Below the pieces are notes generated by a model. It made no database searches, had not been told where the DNA came from, and was given only the letters and a program-made list of their open reading frames with translations. A program made the translations under genes and the position numbers. Positions 49,041-61,275 of a DNA stretch of 64,000 bases are shown one piece after another (within the stretch, counting starts at the first letter, position 1; each line of letters begins with the position of its first letter). The DNA is from Vicugna vicugna (lineage: Eukaryota): NCBI GenBank assembly GCA_013265495.1, contig MU060042.1, positions 4,088,258-4,152,257 of the forward strand, written 5' to 3'.

Positions 49041-49470
49041 TAATTTTATGTGTTGACTTGACAGGGCCACAGGGTGCCCAGAAATTGGTCAGACATTATT
49101 CTGGCTGTGCCTGTGGGGGTGTTTCTGGATAACACCAACGTTTGAGTCATAGACCATGTCAAGAAGATGGCCCTCTGTAATGTGGGTGGGCCTCATCCAA
49201 TCAGCTGAAGGCCTGAATAGGACAAAAGGCTGCACGTCCCCCGAGCAAGAGGACATTTCTCTCGTCTGACTGCCTTCAGACTGGGACATCAGCTTCCTTC
49301 TGCCTGTGGCCTCAAATTGAAACACCCGCTCCCTGTTTCTTGGGCCTTTGGACTGAAACTAAACCGTCAGCTCTCGTGGGTCTCCAGACTGCCACCCACA
49401 GATCCTGGGACTGTCACCCTCCATAATCATGTGAGTCATTTCATTATAATAAATCCCTTGATAGACAGAT
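49041..49470 (+). mobile_element. ERVL LTR (MLT2 type)
   Basis: taattttatgtgttgacttgacagggccacagggtgcccag...gtgggtgggcctcatccaatcagctgaaggcctgaatag...ccataatcatgtgagtc. Confidence 0.88.
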
Positions 49471-49537
49471 AGCTATGTATATTATCTGTCTATAGACATC
49501 GACCCGTCATACACACGCTTCTATACACATACACACC

Positions 49538-49728
49538 ACCGACCCTCATGCAGTCAAAAATCCACGTGTAAGTTTACAATCGGCCCTCTGAATCTGAGTT
49601 TCCGAATCCAAGGGTCCCAAATTCACGGTTCTGTATCCTCAGATTCCACCAACCTCGGGCCGTGCAGACCTGTAGTACATCTTACTGAAAATACTCCACG
49701 CATCCGTGGACCAGTGTGGCTGGAACCT
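49538..49728 (+). mobile_element. Tigger-derived MITE (MER8-like), partial
   Basis: accgaccctcatgcagtcaaaaatccacgtgtaagtttacaatcggccctc...agattccaccaacc...tgtagtac...gtggacc. Confidence 0.7.
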
Positions 49729-50479
49729 CCAGCTCAGGGCTCGGCCGCGTGTGTGTCTGTATGTGAGTGTCTCCATCTTACTGGCTCTGCTGCCCTGGAG
49801 AACCCTGACCAGCACAGCAGCGGGACTGGGGAGAAAGCTCAGGCCAGCCTCACATCCGAGTGGAGACGAACCAGCCCGCGCACCGGGCTGTGAGAGGCGT
49901 CGCACGTGGAGGAGCCAGGGCCAGAGAAACAGGACTGTCCGTGGTGTGACCAGCGGTGCTAATTGGCCACACGGCGCCCTCAAGACTGAGCAGCCCTTTA
50001 AGTTTCCTGTGCCTCCAAGCTGGTATGTAATTGGTCATAATTTTTCCCATTGACATTTAAACGCGTGTTTGGTACATTCGATTCTGAGGGAACCGAGTGG
50101 AGAGGCAGCAGAAAAGAGTGCCCTGACCCAGGACGCCATCAGCCTCCTGCGGGCATGTGCCCTCATCCTCACCGGGACACTCCGATTCTGGAAATTAAAT
50201 TTATGGGGTATAATGGTGCCACTGGGTTCCTAAAAATAAAGCTGTCATTTCAGGCACTCAGTCGTGACTGACAGCTTTAAAAAAGATCAAAGCAGAATTT
50301 CAAGCCCCTATTGGTTGGCTTCTGCTTCCTCATTTGTGGGGCAGGTGGCTCTCAATTTACAAATGGGACAAGAGTCTCTGGTACGTCAGCTGAGCTTGAA
50401 ATTCCAGCCCTTGTGCACCCTTCGTGGGCTCTAAACTCGGACAAGTCAGAAAGCTCTGGAGGAGGGTCATCTCTCAGAA

Positions 50480-50785
50480 GAAGAGGGGGTGGCTGAGACC
50501 ACAGCAATGCGTCCCCCCACTTCTGGAGGCTGGAAATCCAAGACCAAGGTGTCAGTTCCTTCTGGAGGTTCTGAAGCCGAATCTGTTCCAGACTACCCTT
50601 GACCTTCCTTGGTTCACAGCGGCATCACTCCCATCTCTGCCTCCACTGTCACGTGCCCTCTTCCCTGTGTCTCTGCGTCGTGTCTCCCTTTCGTTTACAA
50701 GGACACCAGTCACATTGGGTCAGGACCCACGCTAACCCAGTGTGACCTCAAATTTAAGAATTACAGCCGCAAAGACCCTACACCT
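50480..50785 (-). mobile_element. MLT1 LTR
   Basis: ttctggaggctggaaatccaagaccaaggtgtcag...tacaaggacaccagtcacattgggtcaggaccca...caaagaccct. Confidence 0.85.
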
Positions 50786-51019
50786 ACACCCGCTCACCGG
50801 CGTCACACCGGTCTTCGCTTTGCCTCCTCTGAACAGCCTCGTGAGGAAGGGCGTACAGTGGTCTTTGCTTTGTAGACTGTTCGCCTAACACACATCAGTC
50901 CCTTTAAGTCACCTCTCTGGAGAAGGCTCTAGGGACAAATCAGACACCAGCGCCCCGCCCTCCTTACCCTGTCTGGTATTTCCCTTGGTAGCACCTGCTC
51001 CCACCTGACGTGGTGTTTA

Positions 51020-51227
51020 CAGCTGGCCCTTGAATGGTGAGGAAGTCAGGGGTGCTGACTCTCCATGCCCTGGAAAACCCACGTGAACTGAGAGTCTGCC
51101 CTCTGGTTACCCGGTTTTGTACCTGAGGATTCAACCCACCTTGGACCCTGTGCTGCTGTCCTGCTCACTGAAAAACCCAAGTCCCAGTGGACCTGCGCGG
51201 TTCAGACTGTCATTCAAGGGTCAGCTG
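51020..51227 (+). mobile_element. Tigger-derived MITE (MER8-like), full length
   Basis: Terminal inverted repeats cagctggcccttgaa (51020) and ttcaagggtcagctg (ending 51227); TA on the left and TG on the right. Confidence 0.8.
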
Positions 51228-53259
51228 TGTCTGGTCCTGTTTGTGGCTTTTCTCCCCACAAGACCAGGGAGTGCTGTCACTGCTCCATCCCTGGCACCCA
51301 GAAGCACAGGACGAATAAAAGGAACAAATAAATGCAAGAAAGGATGGTTTGGGAACCAGAGAGGTTAAATGAACCGCCTGTCATGGCAGATCCAGACTCA
51401 AATCCAGGCTTTTCTGCCCCCAGAGCCCGTACCTGTGCTGACCAGCTCTGTCCTTCTGCGTTGCTGGCCGGTCAGCTCTCTCTCAAGGCAGCCGTCCCCT
51501 CCCCCAAGGCCTTGGAACCCCGGGAGGAGCAGACTCGCTCCAGGAGGGGCAGGGCCTTGGGGTCCAGCTTCCTCTTCCCTGTTCCCACCTGTACCCCCTA
51601 GTACTGCTGTGGCTAAAACCACTCTTTCTAGAGCCAACATTTCTAGTGGTAAAGAAAAAAAAAACAGACTTATTGTCTGTGACAGATGATGTCATTTGTC
51701 CCAATACTTTGCGAAATGTCAGAAAACATACACACAACCTAAAGTTCAGAGGTGGAAAGATCTGAGGGATTATTCTAGTCCAAAACCCTCATTTAGCTAG
51801 CGATGTGCAGTCCCGCCTCCCAGCTAACTGACACAGAGGAGTATTTGATGCACACTTTCCGTTTCCTTTGTCTCAGATCCGTAAGAGGTTTCCGTCTTCT
51901 GAAAGGACTAGGAAGCTCTCCCGCATCAGAGGTCAGGATCCCTTTCTTTGTCTTCCCCTTATCAGTGACTAAAATGCTGGATTATTTCTTGGTCAGTTAC
52001 TGTGCAGGAAAATCTGTTTCGAGTAGCTTGATTTTGCTTTTGTTTCAGGTTCAGGGAATACAGAGCTTGGTTACTTTGTGGACCAAATACAGCACGAGGA
52101 ACAACTCTACCTGAACCTCTGACTTTGCAGGACAAGGATGGGGGAGCACTGAGCAATTCTGCCGTCAGAGGTTCCGGCCTGGATGTCGGGTAAGGGACAG
52201 ACTTACGGTCGTTTAGGGGGCCCTAGAAATGGATTGAAAATGTCTCCGAAGGAGAAAAGCATCTGAGCCACTCAGAAATGCAGCCAAGTGCCATGGACAT
52301 TTGGGGTCAAGCTCTCCTCTCAATAGTGCCCTGCGGTGTCCATGCGGCTGAAGGAGGCGGGTTTATGGGACATTAAATATTCCCACACTTTCTGTGTCCT
52401 GTGGGGAAGGATGGAGAACCACTCACCCACACGGAGGAGGTGGATGCAAGCGCACACCAAGTGTGCCCTTGGTGGGGCTGCATTTAATCCCACACAATCC
52501 CTTCTGATGCCCACGGAATAGGTGAGAACAGGGGCGCCTGCGGCCCTGCGGGTCGGGAGACACATCCCCGCTTCTTCCCGCGGTGCCTGGCCCCTGACAG
52601 CCGGCAGGAGACGATGCCTCGCAAGTCTGGATGAGAGCTGGGCTGTCAGCACAAGCCGAGGAAGGCCTGGGAGGCCACGGGCGTTGCCAAATTTGTTGTT
52701 AAAAACATTTAGATTCTATATTTACTATCTGGAGCGCACGGTCCCTGCCTCTGAGCCCGGAGAGAAGCAGAGATTCCGACAGACGGGAGGGTGGGTCGGT
52801 CCCTTTTAAAAATCTGGCCGGCTTGGCTATAAATGCCTGGCAAGCCGGAGCCACTCCTGGGAGCCAGGCCCCCGTCCAACCCGCACCCCTCCTGCCCTGC
52901 AGTCTGCCAGCCAGTTAGCAGCCAGTCAGGAGCCAGGATTTAAGTGCAGTCTGTTTGCGCGCGATGAGTCCTGGACCCCGCGCCGCAGCCGCGCGCCTCT
53001 CTCGGAGAATTAAATTACCTGCTAACCATCTAAAGTGGTCCTGGGAGAACAGGGGTCCCCGCTTTCATTTCCTCAGGACAAGAGGGGCCAGAGGTGACGC
53101 GAAAGGGCGGGAGATGGAAATGAAGGGCAGAGGGCTCTTGGAGAGCGGGGCCTGCTTGGCACCGGGCCTGGCCCTGGTGGTCCCGCAGCCGGGGCAGCCC
53201 TGGCAAGCGCTCCTGGCGCGTGCGGCTCCTTCCAGGGGCGGGCGGAGCAAACCTGTCAC

Positions 53260-53289
53260 GTTGCCGTGGCAACCAGTTTCCCTGGTTAC
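53260..53289. promoter_or_regulatory. Tandem RFX X-box motifs
   Basis: GTTGCCGTGGCAAC (53260-53273) matches the palindrome GTTGCCATGGCAAC at 13/14; GTTTCCCTGGTTAC (53276-53289) is a degenerate copy 2 bp downstream. Confidence 0.7.
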
Positions 53290-53298
53290 CTCGAGGGG

Positions 53299-53346
53299 AT
53301 GAGTCCTGGGAGAGAGGAGCAGGGAGCCTCGAAGAAGAAGCGATGT
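53299..53346 (+). CDS. Candidate first coding exon of an unidentified gene (MSPGREEQGASKKKRC, or ATG-T from 53343)
   Basis: ATG 10 bp after the second X-box, open to a GTGAGC donor at 53347; a second ATG with a purine at -3 sits at 53343. No protein match recognised. Confidence 0.25.
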
Positions 53347-53809
53347 GTGAGCACCGGGAGCCGAGCGGGCGGAGGGCGGCGAGGCGGGGAGCGCGCCGGC
53401 CTCCGGGGGGCCCGGCTCACTCTCGACCCCGGTGGGTGGCGGGGGTGCCCCGCGCAGCGGGAAGGCGCCCTCACCTGCGGGCACGGGGACCTGCGGTCCT
53501 GGCTCCAAACCGCGGGGGAGCCGCCCGCCAGCCGCTCCCTAGACCAGGTCTGACCCGGGGAGCTTGTTTCCCGGACGTAAGAGGCTCTGCCGGGATGGTT
53601 CCCTAGGGGCAAGTCCAGGCCCAGCTTCCCAGGACTGAGGCTGCACTGGAGGGGCATCAGAGATCTGGGTGAAACAGGCCGTTTTACAGCATCAGAGAAG
53701 CGTGCCCCACCCCGAGGCGGGGTAGAATCTGGAAGGTCTGGGGAGAAGGTGAACGCCACAGGGGCATACTAGACCCTCAGTTCTCCGCTTCCCCTTGCTC
53801 TCCACCTCC

Positions 53810-53880
53810 CAGTCTCTACTGTCTCTCTCTCTCTGTCCCTCTGTCTCTCTCTCCCTCTCTGTCTCTGTCTCTATCTCTGT
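53810..53880. repeat. (CT/CTGT)n polypyrimidine low-complexity tract
   Basis: Read directly. Confidence 0.85.
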
Positions 53881-56800
53881 GCAGATGTACCTCCAGGCAC
53901 AGGCCTTCCCTCAGGCACAGCCTCTGCTCCCCCTTAATGTAAAGGCTGAAGGAGCCAGGAAGTCAGTGCTTGGAGACTTGAGAAGGACCATTTAACTATC
54001 TTTAATCTTTGCCCATTTATTGCCCATTATTAAAAAAAAAAAAAAGAGGAGAAGAAAAGAAACAGAACACACAGGCGTGAGGCCCAGAAACGTGGCCTCT
54101 GGATGGTTCCCCTGCAGGAGGAGCAGGTCCGCTCCATCAGACAGAGGATGCTGTGGGCTCTCCGTTTCCCAGGAAAACATGTTCCTAGAGCAGATGGCGC
54201 AGAAGGTCGTCCAGGGAACCAAACCCCTGCAGACTTCCACCCCCACCTATGTCGCCCACTTCTCTGCAGCAGGGAGCCTTTCAGAACACAAGGTGGCATC
54301 TGGGGTGACTACCTCATTTCCTCAGGAGGAAGGGCCTTCCCGCCATCGGGCTCATAGCGGGGCAGCTCTGGGAGTCACTTCATTGCTGGGGGGACACTCC
54401 TTAATGTTGTTGGAAGATCAGCAGAGACTCTCAGCCCGTCCCTACGACCCTACAAATTGCCCAGCTCACCCACAAAACAGCCCATGGTCTGGACGGCTCC
54501 CAAGGTCAGGTGACCCGAGCCTTTGGCAATCCCTGCACAGGGACCAGGAGGCCACACGCCCACGTGCCCAAGGGCCAGGGAGATCCAGGAGAGGCTGGTG
54601 GGACAGCGAAATGCCCTGGACCCCAGCTGCCCCTGGGACGCTCCTCACCTGGGTGGGTCTCGCCACCCGCTCTGCAGGGGGAGTGATGAGGCCTGGAGAA
54701 CCTGGGGTTCATCACGACACTGACCTCCTCCAGGATTCCTTTCAGAGGCGGATAACAAACACACCTTTTGGGAAACTCCGGAAGTGATGTCACACATGCA
54801 CACCTTTCCTCAGAGCCTCTGAGGCTTAGGGAGAGCCTTGGATATGCCTTACAGGTTGAACCCTCTGGCTTAGCAAAGCCACAATAATGAGAATGAACTT
54901 GCTTCTACAGATAACTCCGAAACCTCCCACACATCCCTTTCACAGAGGTGCAAGGTGACTAATCATTAAGGTTTATAAAAAGATCTGCAGAGAGAAGCCA
55001 CTGCTCATAAGTGCTAAATATTATTAAGGATTTGGGTAACAATAGCAAGATAAATATAAAATTTAAAACTGCCGCGCCTTTGCTCTACATACTAGTAATA
55101 ACCTTCCGGGCTGCGTGTCTGCTGGCGGGGAGGGGGGGACACCCAGCCCACAGGTGTTCCTTCAGGGTCATCTGAACACCTGACACAACTGAGTTTAGAA
55201 GTCATTCAAGACGCCTTGTTGTGCAGGGACACTCAATTACGCAGACTCAGATGACTGCCGTGAAGTCCGCTTTGTAGGGGCCTTCGAGACTGTCTCAGAA
55301 GCTATCCAAGCCATTCATAAAACCGAACAGTATTTGGAGACCCTACATGGATAAACATGAGTGTCTCACTGGGGACAAATTCTCTGAACGAGTTGCAAAG
55401 TAAAAGCACAAAAAAAGGCAAGTGAAGAAAAGTGAATCCTTGACACAACACTGTAAAATGATTATGAATCAATAAAAATGTAAAAAAAAAAAAAAAAGAA
55501 AAGTGAATCCATCAGCAAACCTGAAAGTATGCAGCACTGAGAAACAATCTCGAGTTCTGACTGAGAAGCGTGTTTTGTTTTCAACCACCCCCCGTGCACA
55601 AAACAGAGACCCCAGCCATAGAACGCCGCACATCACACAAGGAAGATACAGAAGGTACCTGCTCACAGGGAGGCAGAACAAGAGAAAAATGCTGGCCCTG
55701 GATCCCACGTGCCCCCAGGAGACAGGGATGTAGCATCGTTGGCTGCCTGGCTTGGATTCAGAGTCCGGGTACCCTCCACGGGCATCTATCAAGGGAAATA
55801 AACCAGAAGAGAGAGCACGGATCCTGAGTCTTCTAAATAGACCAGGCGAAAACGGACGTATCCCCAAAGAGCTCATGCGTCTAATTAAGATTTTTTGAAC
55901 CTGATCAAAACGTTAATTACTTTGCACAAACTGAGCAAACATATAGATGTCACATCCTATGAATTTCCTTTCAATGGCCGTCCTGGGAAGACAGACAGAA
56001 ATGAAAACAGCACATCGCCAAGGAGACGACGCCTCTCCCTCCCGCCTTGTGCTCGTGGGTGTCCCGTCTTTGCTGACCGTTTTGTTCTTCTCTCCAGCCG
56101 ACCAGGCAGGACGGGACGGTACCAACTCCAGCACTAGCTGAGCACCTGCTCCTGTCAGGCCCCTTCTTACTCCTCTCTCTGATCTGCCAGTTAAGTTACA
56201 AGATGGATTTTCGTATTTGCATTTCATGGGCATTTGTACCCAGAGAGGCCAAGACTGAGCTGAGAGCTACACAGCTGATGCGTGGGGGGCCTCCAGCCAC
56301 ACCCACGTCTGTCCGGCTCGGAAGGCCATGCGGGCTCTCGCCCTGCACCGCCCACCTCACGAGTGACGGACAAGCGAGGTGACCCTGGCACCTCCGAATC
56401 CACCCTCGAACCCACTGGAGACCTGGCTGACTTCACCGTGGAAACAGCCGAAGTTCCAGTGTTCCTCCTAACTTCGCATCGCCGCCCCCTCTGAATCTAC
56501 ATTTCCTGCCCGGGGCCGTCTGTCCCTGCGAGTGGGCTTGTGAATGTGTTCCCTGCTTCCCTGACGGAGCCCCGGAAACACACAGAAACGCGTTCACAGA
56601 TATGGTTCTTGAGACTCTTCCCTTGGGTTTCAACGCGTGTCCATCTGGGAGATGCATAACCTCAACCAGCAGTGTCCTGGCTCCCGTGCCAGCCCCTCCA
56701 GAGCCTGAACCCTCTCTGTCTTAAGTGCGTGTCTGTAAGTTTTCCTTTGCTTTTCAGAAATGGAATTCTCTCTCCAGCCTTTGCAGGTCCTTTGAGGGAC

Positions 56801-57014
56801 AGTCCCCTTTCTTTGCTCCCACCCACTGCCCTGTGATCCAGGACCCGCTCTGGAGAAGAGCACTGAAGCCCCCGAGGGGCGTCCTGGGGAGAAGCAGCCA
56901 TGGGGCCGAGGCTGCTGCCGGGGGAGGCGGCTCCTCCGGCGACAGTCACCGGCGTGTAGTCTCACCCAGCCATCCTTTTAATCAGCAGATCCTCCTTACA
57001 ATGGACACTCATTG

Positions 57015-57670
57015 ACTATGATCCAGCAATCAGCAGTCCCACTCCTGGGCATATATACGGAGGGAACTCTAGTTTGAAAAGATACACGCACCTCCACGTT
57101 CATAGCAGCATTTTTTACAATAGCCAAGACATGGAAGCAGCCTAAATGTCCATCGAGAGATAACTGGATAAAGAAGCTGTGGTCTGTGTATACAATGGAA
57201 TACTACTCAGCCATAAAAAAGAATGAAATAGTGCCATTTGCAGCAACATGGATGGACCTGGAGATTGTCATTCTAAGTAAAGTCAGACAGAGAAAGAAAA
57301 ATACCATATGATATCACACATATGTGGAATCTTAAGGGATGACACAAATGAACTTATTTACAAAACAGAAACAGACCCCAGACATAGAAAAGAAACTTGT
57401 GGTTACCGGGGGGTAAGGGGGACAGTGGAGGCATAAACTGGGAGTTCAGGATTTGCAGGTACTAACTACTAGTATAAAATAGAAAAACAACAAGGTCTTA
57501 CTGTAGAGCACAGGGAACTATATTCAATATCTTGTAATCACCTATAATGAAGAAGAATATGAAAAGGAATACATGTATATAACTGAAACATTATACTGTA
57601 CATCAGAAATTAATACATTGTAATCCAATTATACTTCAATTTTAAAAATTATTTAAAAAAAAGAAATAAA
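57015..57670 (+). mobile_element. 5'-truncated L1 (ORF2 C-terminus, 3' UTR, A-tail)
   Basis: cccactcctgggcatatat...aatagccaagacatggaagcagcctaaatgtccatc...atggaatactactcagccataaaaaagaatgaa...tatacttcaatttta. Confidence 0.95.
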
Positions 57671-57997
57671 ATGAATATTTAGTGCATGTGTTCATCAGGC
57701 ACTCAGCTGCTCCTCTGGTGCCTACTGACTCTTGTTTTGCACACAGTTCTAACAGATGCTACAATTTGCCATTTGCATCCCCAGTATCTGGAAAACAACC
57801 CGTTGGAAGGCAGGAGGGTGTATTTTCATTGACAAGCACGCAGGCATCAGTGAGAAGGGACCCTGAAAGCAAGATAACAGGAAGAGGTGGAAAATGTAAA
57901 GAGACACAGCCTGCATCCTAAATGCACGCAGGAAAAAACGTCAGTCCTTCTGGGGTCCTGCGGGAAGGAGGCATTGTGTCATCTAAGAATGATCATG

Positions 57998-58117
57998 GGG
58001 AGGAGAGGGCATAGCTCAGTGGCAGAGTGCATGGCTAGCATGCATGAGGTCCCGGGTTCAGCCTCTGGTACCCCCATTAAATAAATGAATAAGTAAATGA
58101 AGCCTAATTACCCTCAG
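57998..58117 (+). mobile_element. tRNA-Ala-derived camelid-type SINE
   Basis: gagggcatagctcagtggcagagtgcatggctagcatgcatgaggtcccgggttcagcctctggtacccccattaaa...gcctaattaccctc. Confidence 0.9.
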
Positions 58118-59684
58118 AGTTACCACCCGTGACGAGGAGCTGGCGTCCTCAGAGGGCTAAATCCGGTTCCCCAACCTCTGTTTCAGCAGGAGGGAAGGGT
58201 GTGGCATCGGAGGGAAGACGCAACCACTGCAAAGTGCTGGCCTGCAGAGTGATGTCTCTGTTACTGGAAAATGACTTCCGGGGAATCCCTCACCAGCTCA
58301 CCGCTTTCCTCTCAGAGAGAAGCAGCGCGGAGGAATCAACGGAAGCATCAGATGACGTAGTTACGTTTGGTACATTCTGGACCATCAATGCGCGAGTTAC
58401 TCGCTAAGAGGGACACTGAAGGCGCTAAGAGGCAGAGCGTTACCTGCGTCACGGGCTTGGCGCTGCGCTGACTCGAGGTGAATCCTCGCAAACAAAGCCC
58501 CATGCGCCCTGTGAAATAGTTTTTGAAAATGACATTTAACTGGAACTTGGAAAATAAAACAAAATACGAAACTAAATGCACTTTATCTTATAAGTGACAA
58601 CGAATCAAATACAGTCACAACTTAAAAAAGTAGTTCCCAGAATAAAAATAAGAATGATTTTCTTTGATAAAAATTTTCAGACAAACTTTCATAAGATGCT
58701 GTAAGCATCCTTCTTTTCACGGTTCCTTTTGCTGCATAAGCATAAAGAATCATCACATTTGCAAGTAAATATTTTAGGTCTCCATCATTTTCCCCATGGG
58801 TCTCTCTCAGGTAATTATTTGACCTGTGTATGGTTTTCTTTTGACGAGCCTACCATACCAGCCTCCTTTGGGAGCTGGTCTAGGGTGTAGTTCACAATTA
58901 ACTGTTAGCTGCCAAATTCTCTTTGTCGACGTCTTTGTGTGCGGTGGAAGCAATTCTCCAACATCACCTTCCTTGATTTCTAGAAGTTGTATGCATTTTA
59001 CAGTTTTCACAATTTTCCTTTACGACTCACTTGTCTTTTCTTTGCACCGTATTGTCTGGGTCTCTAGCCGCATTGAGTGAGTCACCATTGACTCGGCGGA
59101 AATCACGCAATGGAATTCCATGGACGCAATGGAGTAAACCATGGCGTTAAACGATGGCAGCTAATTTACACATGGTCGGCTCATTCATGGAGATCTTCCT
59201 GCTTTGATGGCTTCTGCTTCTCGGTACCACCTTGCACCTCCGAGGATGGCTGAACGTGGACCATGACGGTTCTCTTCTCTACGCCCTAGTCCAACCAGAT
59301 TCCTCATCCTTCCATCCCATGCCCCATGCATTCCTGTCCCCATCCTTGCTCAGTTTTTCCACCAGAATGCCCGAACCTATTTCTCACATGTTATTTCTCC
59401 TGTAGAGTGTTTCCAAATCCTCCGAATCAGATTTATATTCACTTTCTGGCTCATCCTTTTTCATCTTTATTTTCCTTTAACCTCTGTACAATGGAATCAA
59501 ATACAAGAGCTTTAATGTGGAACAAAAGAAGTTATATTTGTCCCACATGGCTGACCTTTCCAATCACTGTCTGATATTTGATACTTAGATAAAAGGATAA
59601 ATCTTACAGCGACTCCAAAACGTGCTCGGATTTGCCTTTGTGTCTGCGCATGTCTGACCTAACATAGGGTGTCTATTCACAGAC

Positions 59685-59740
59685 TGACAGAGACACACTG
59701 ACGCACACATAGACACACAGACACACACACACAGACACCG
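59685..59740. repeat. Degenerate (CA)n tract
   Basis: Read directly. Confidence 0.85.
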
Positions 59741-60887
59741 TGCACTGCTTCTGCCTGACTAACTCACGGGCCACTTCACTGGGTGAATGTTTCTCACACT
59801 GTCGCCTGGCAGGATGCTCTACATTCCACAGCTGTGTTAACCGCAGTTCCCTGCCCCACCCCTTTATGACGACGTGTTGAAATGGATTATACTGATCGGC
59901 TACATGTTGGTCTCTCCACCTCGACTTGAAACTAGTACGTGGTAAGCGCTTGCTATGCATCACCCTCTAGTAGATGCTTGAGATTTAAGACAAGGTATGA
60001 TCTAGTATTTTCCCCAAGGGACTTAAAGGGGCTGAATGTGCAGGAGCTTTCTGTTATAATCATGTTGATGCAATTATGTTCAGTTGCAAACTCCAAAAAG
60101 GCAGAGACTATGCTCAGTTAAGAGGCAGGGAAGGACTCACGCAGGTCACCACGCATCTTCACCTTAGTCTCCACCCTGCCTCTCCTGGTTGTACAACCCT
60201 GAGTACCTCACTCAACCACGGGGTGTTTCCATCATCTGTAAAGTGAGAGGACTGGGCCAGCTGGTCCACGGGAACTCCTCTGGCCCAGTAACTCCACGAC
60301 TCACTGGACTATACATAATTTACTGAACAAGAAATTTCCTCTATAGCCACTTCACAATTTTGTGCTCATCTCTACATAGTATGTTTTTCTAAGCCTCTAT
60401 GTTACATTCCCCTGGAGAAATCTGCAAATACATCAACATCTTTCTTGTCTAATAATTAATCCAGTGATCAGTTTACCTCACTGATAAAGTGGATTGGAAT
60501 GAAAAGTTGGATGCTTATAAGGCAATGATTTATTCTGGGCAAGGTGGGCACTGGATTCCTTTCTTTTCAAGTAGAACTTTTAACCTATTTTTATCAGCTT
60601 AATCTCCTTAAACGTTGAAGCGCGACCACAACAGAGAAAGATGCCATGGTCTTCAGCATGTAAAGAACAAATTAAAGCAAATATGTATGACAGGAAACTA
60701 TCAAAGACGAAACCCCATCCACTATGTATGCTGTATAGACACAGCTTTGGAGTATGTTATAAAAACTTTTCGCCTTGAAGCAACAGTGTTTTCAGGATGG
60801 AAAAGTCAGTTTTGCGCTAGCACCTATGAATAGCAGTGCATGGAGCTTCATGTTGTTGGGTACATTCATTGGCATTATTTGGTGGAA

Positions 60888-61275
<388 letters not shown>

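Larger units (their letters stand above)
52850..53600. promoter_or_regulatory. CpG island, probable promoter
   Basis: Dense CpG and very high GC by inspection, no recognisable repeat, GC box GGGGCGGGCGG at 53235-53245. Confidence 0.75.

Noticed and set aside
52962-52973. CGATGAGTCCTG resembles the AFLP MseI adapter core
   Set aside because: Only a 12-nt match, embedded seamlessly in genomic sequence with no other vector or adapter signal.
54020-54787. Longest ORF in the track (255 aa)
   Set aside because: Starts in a poly-A run (KKKKKRRRK), has composition typical of GC-rich non-coding DNA, no recognisable domain and no supporting splice structure.
58807-59010. Protein-like minus-strand ORF with possible AG/GT ends
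   Set aside because: Weak acceptor, no partner exons found, no recognised homology.
59110-59121. 12-bp palindrome ATGGAATTCCAT within an imperfect direct repeat
   Set aside because: Palindromes of this length are expected several times per window.
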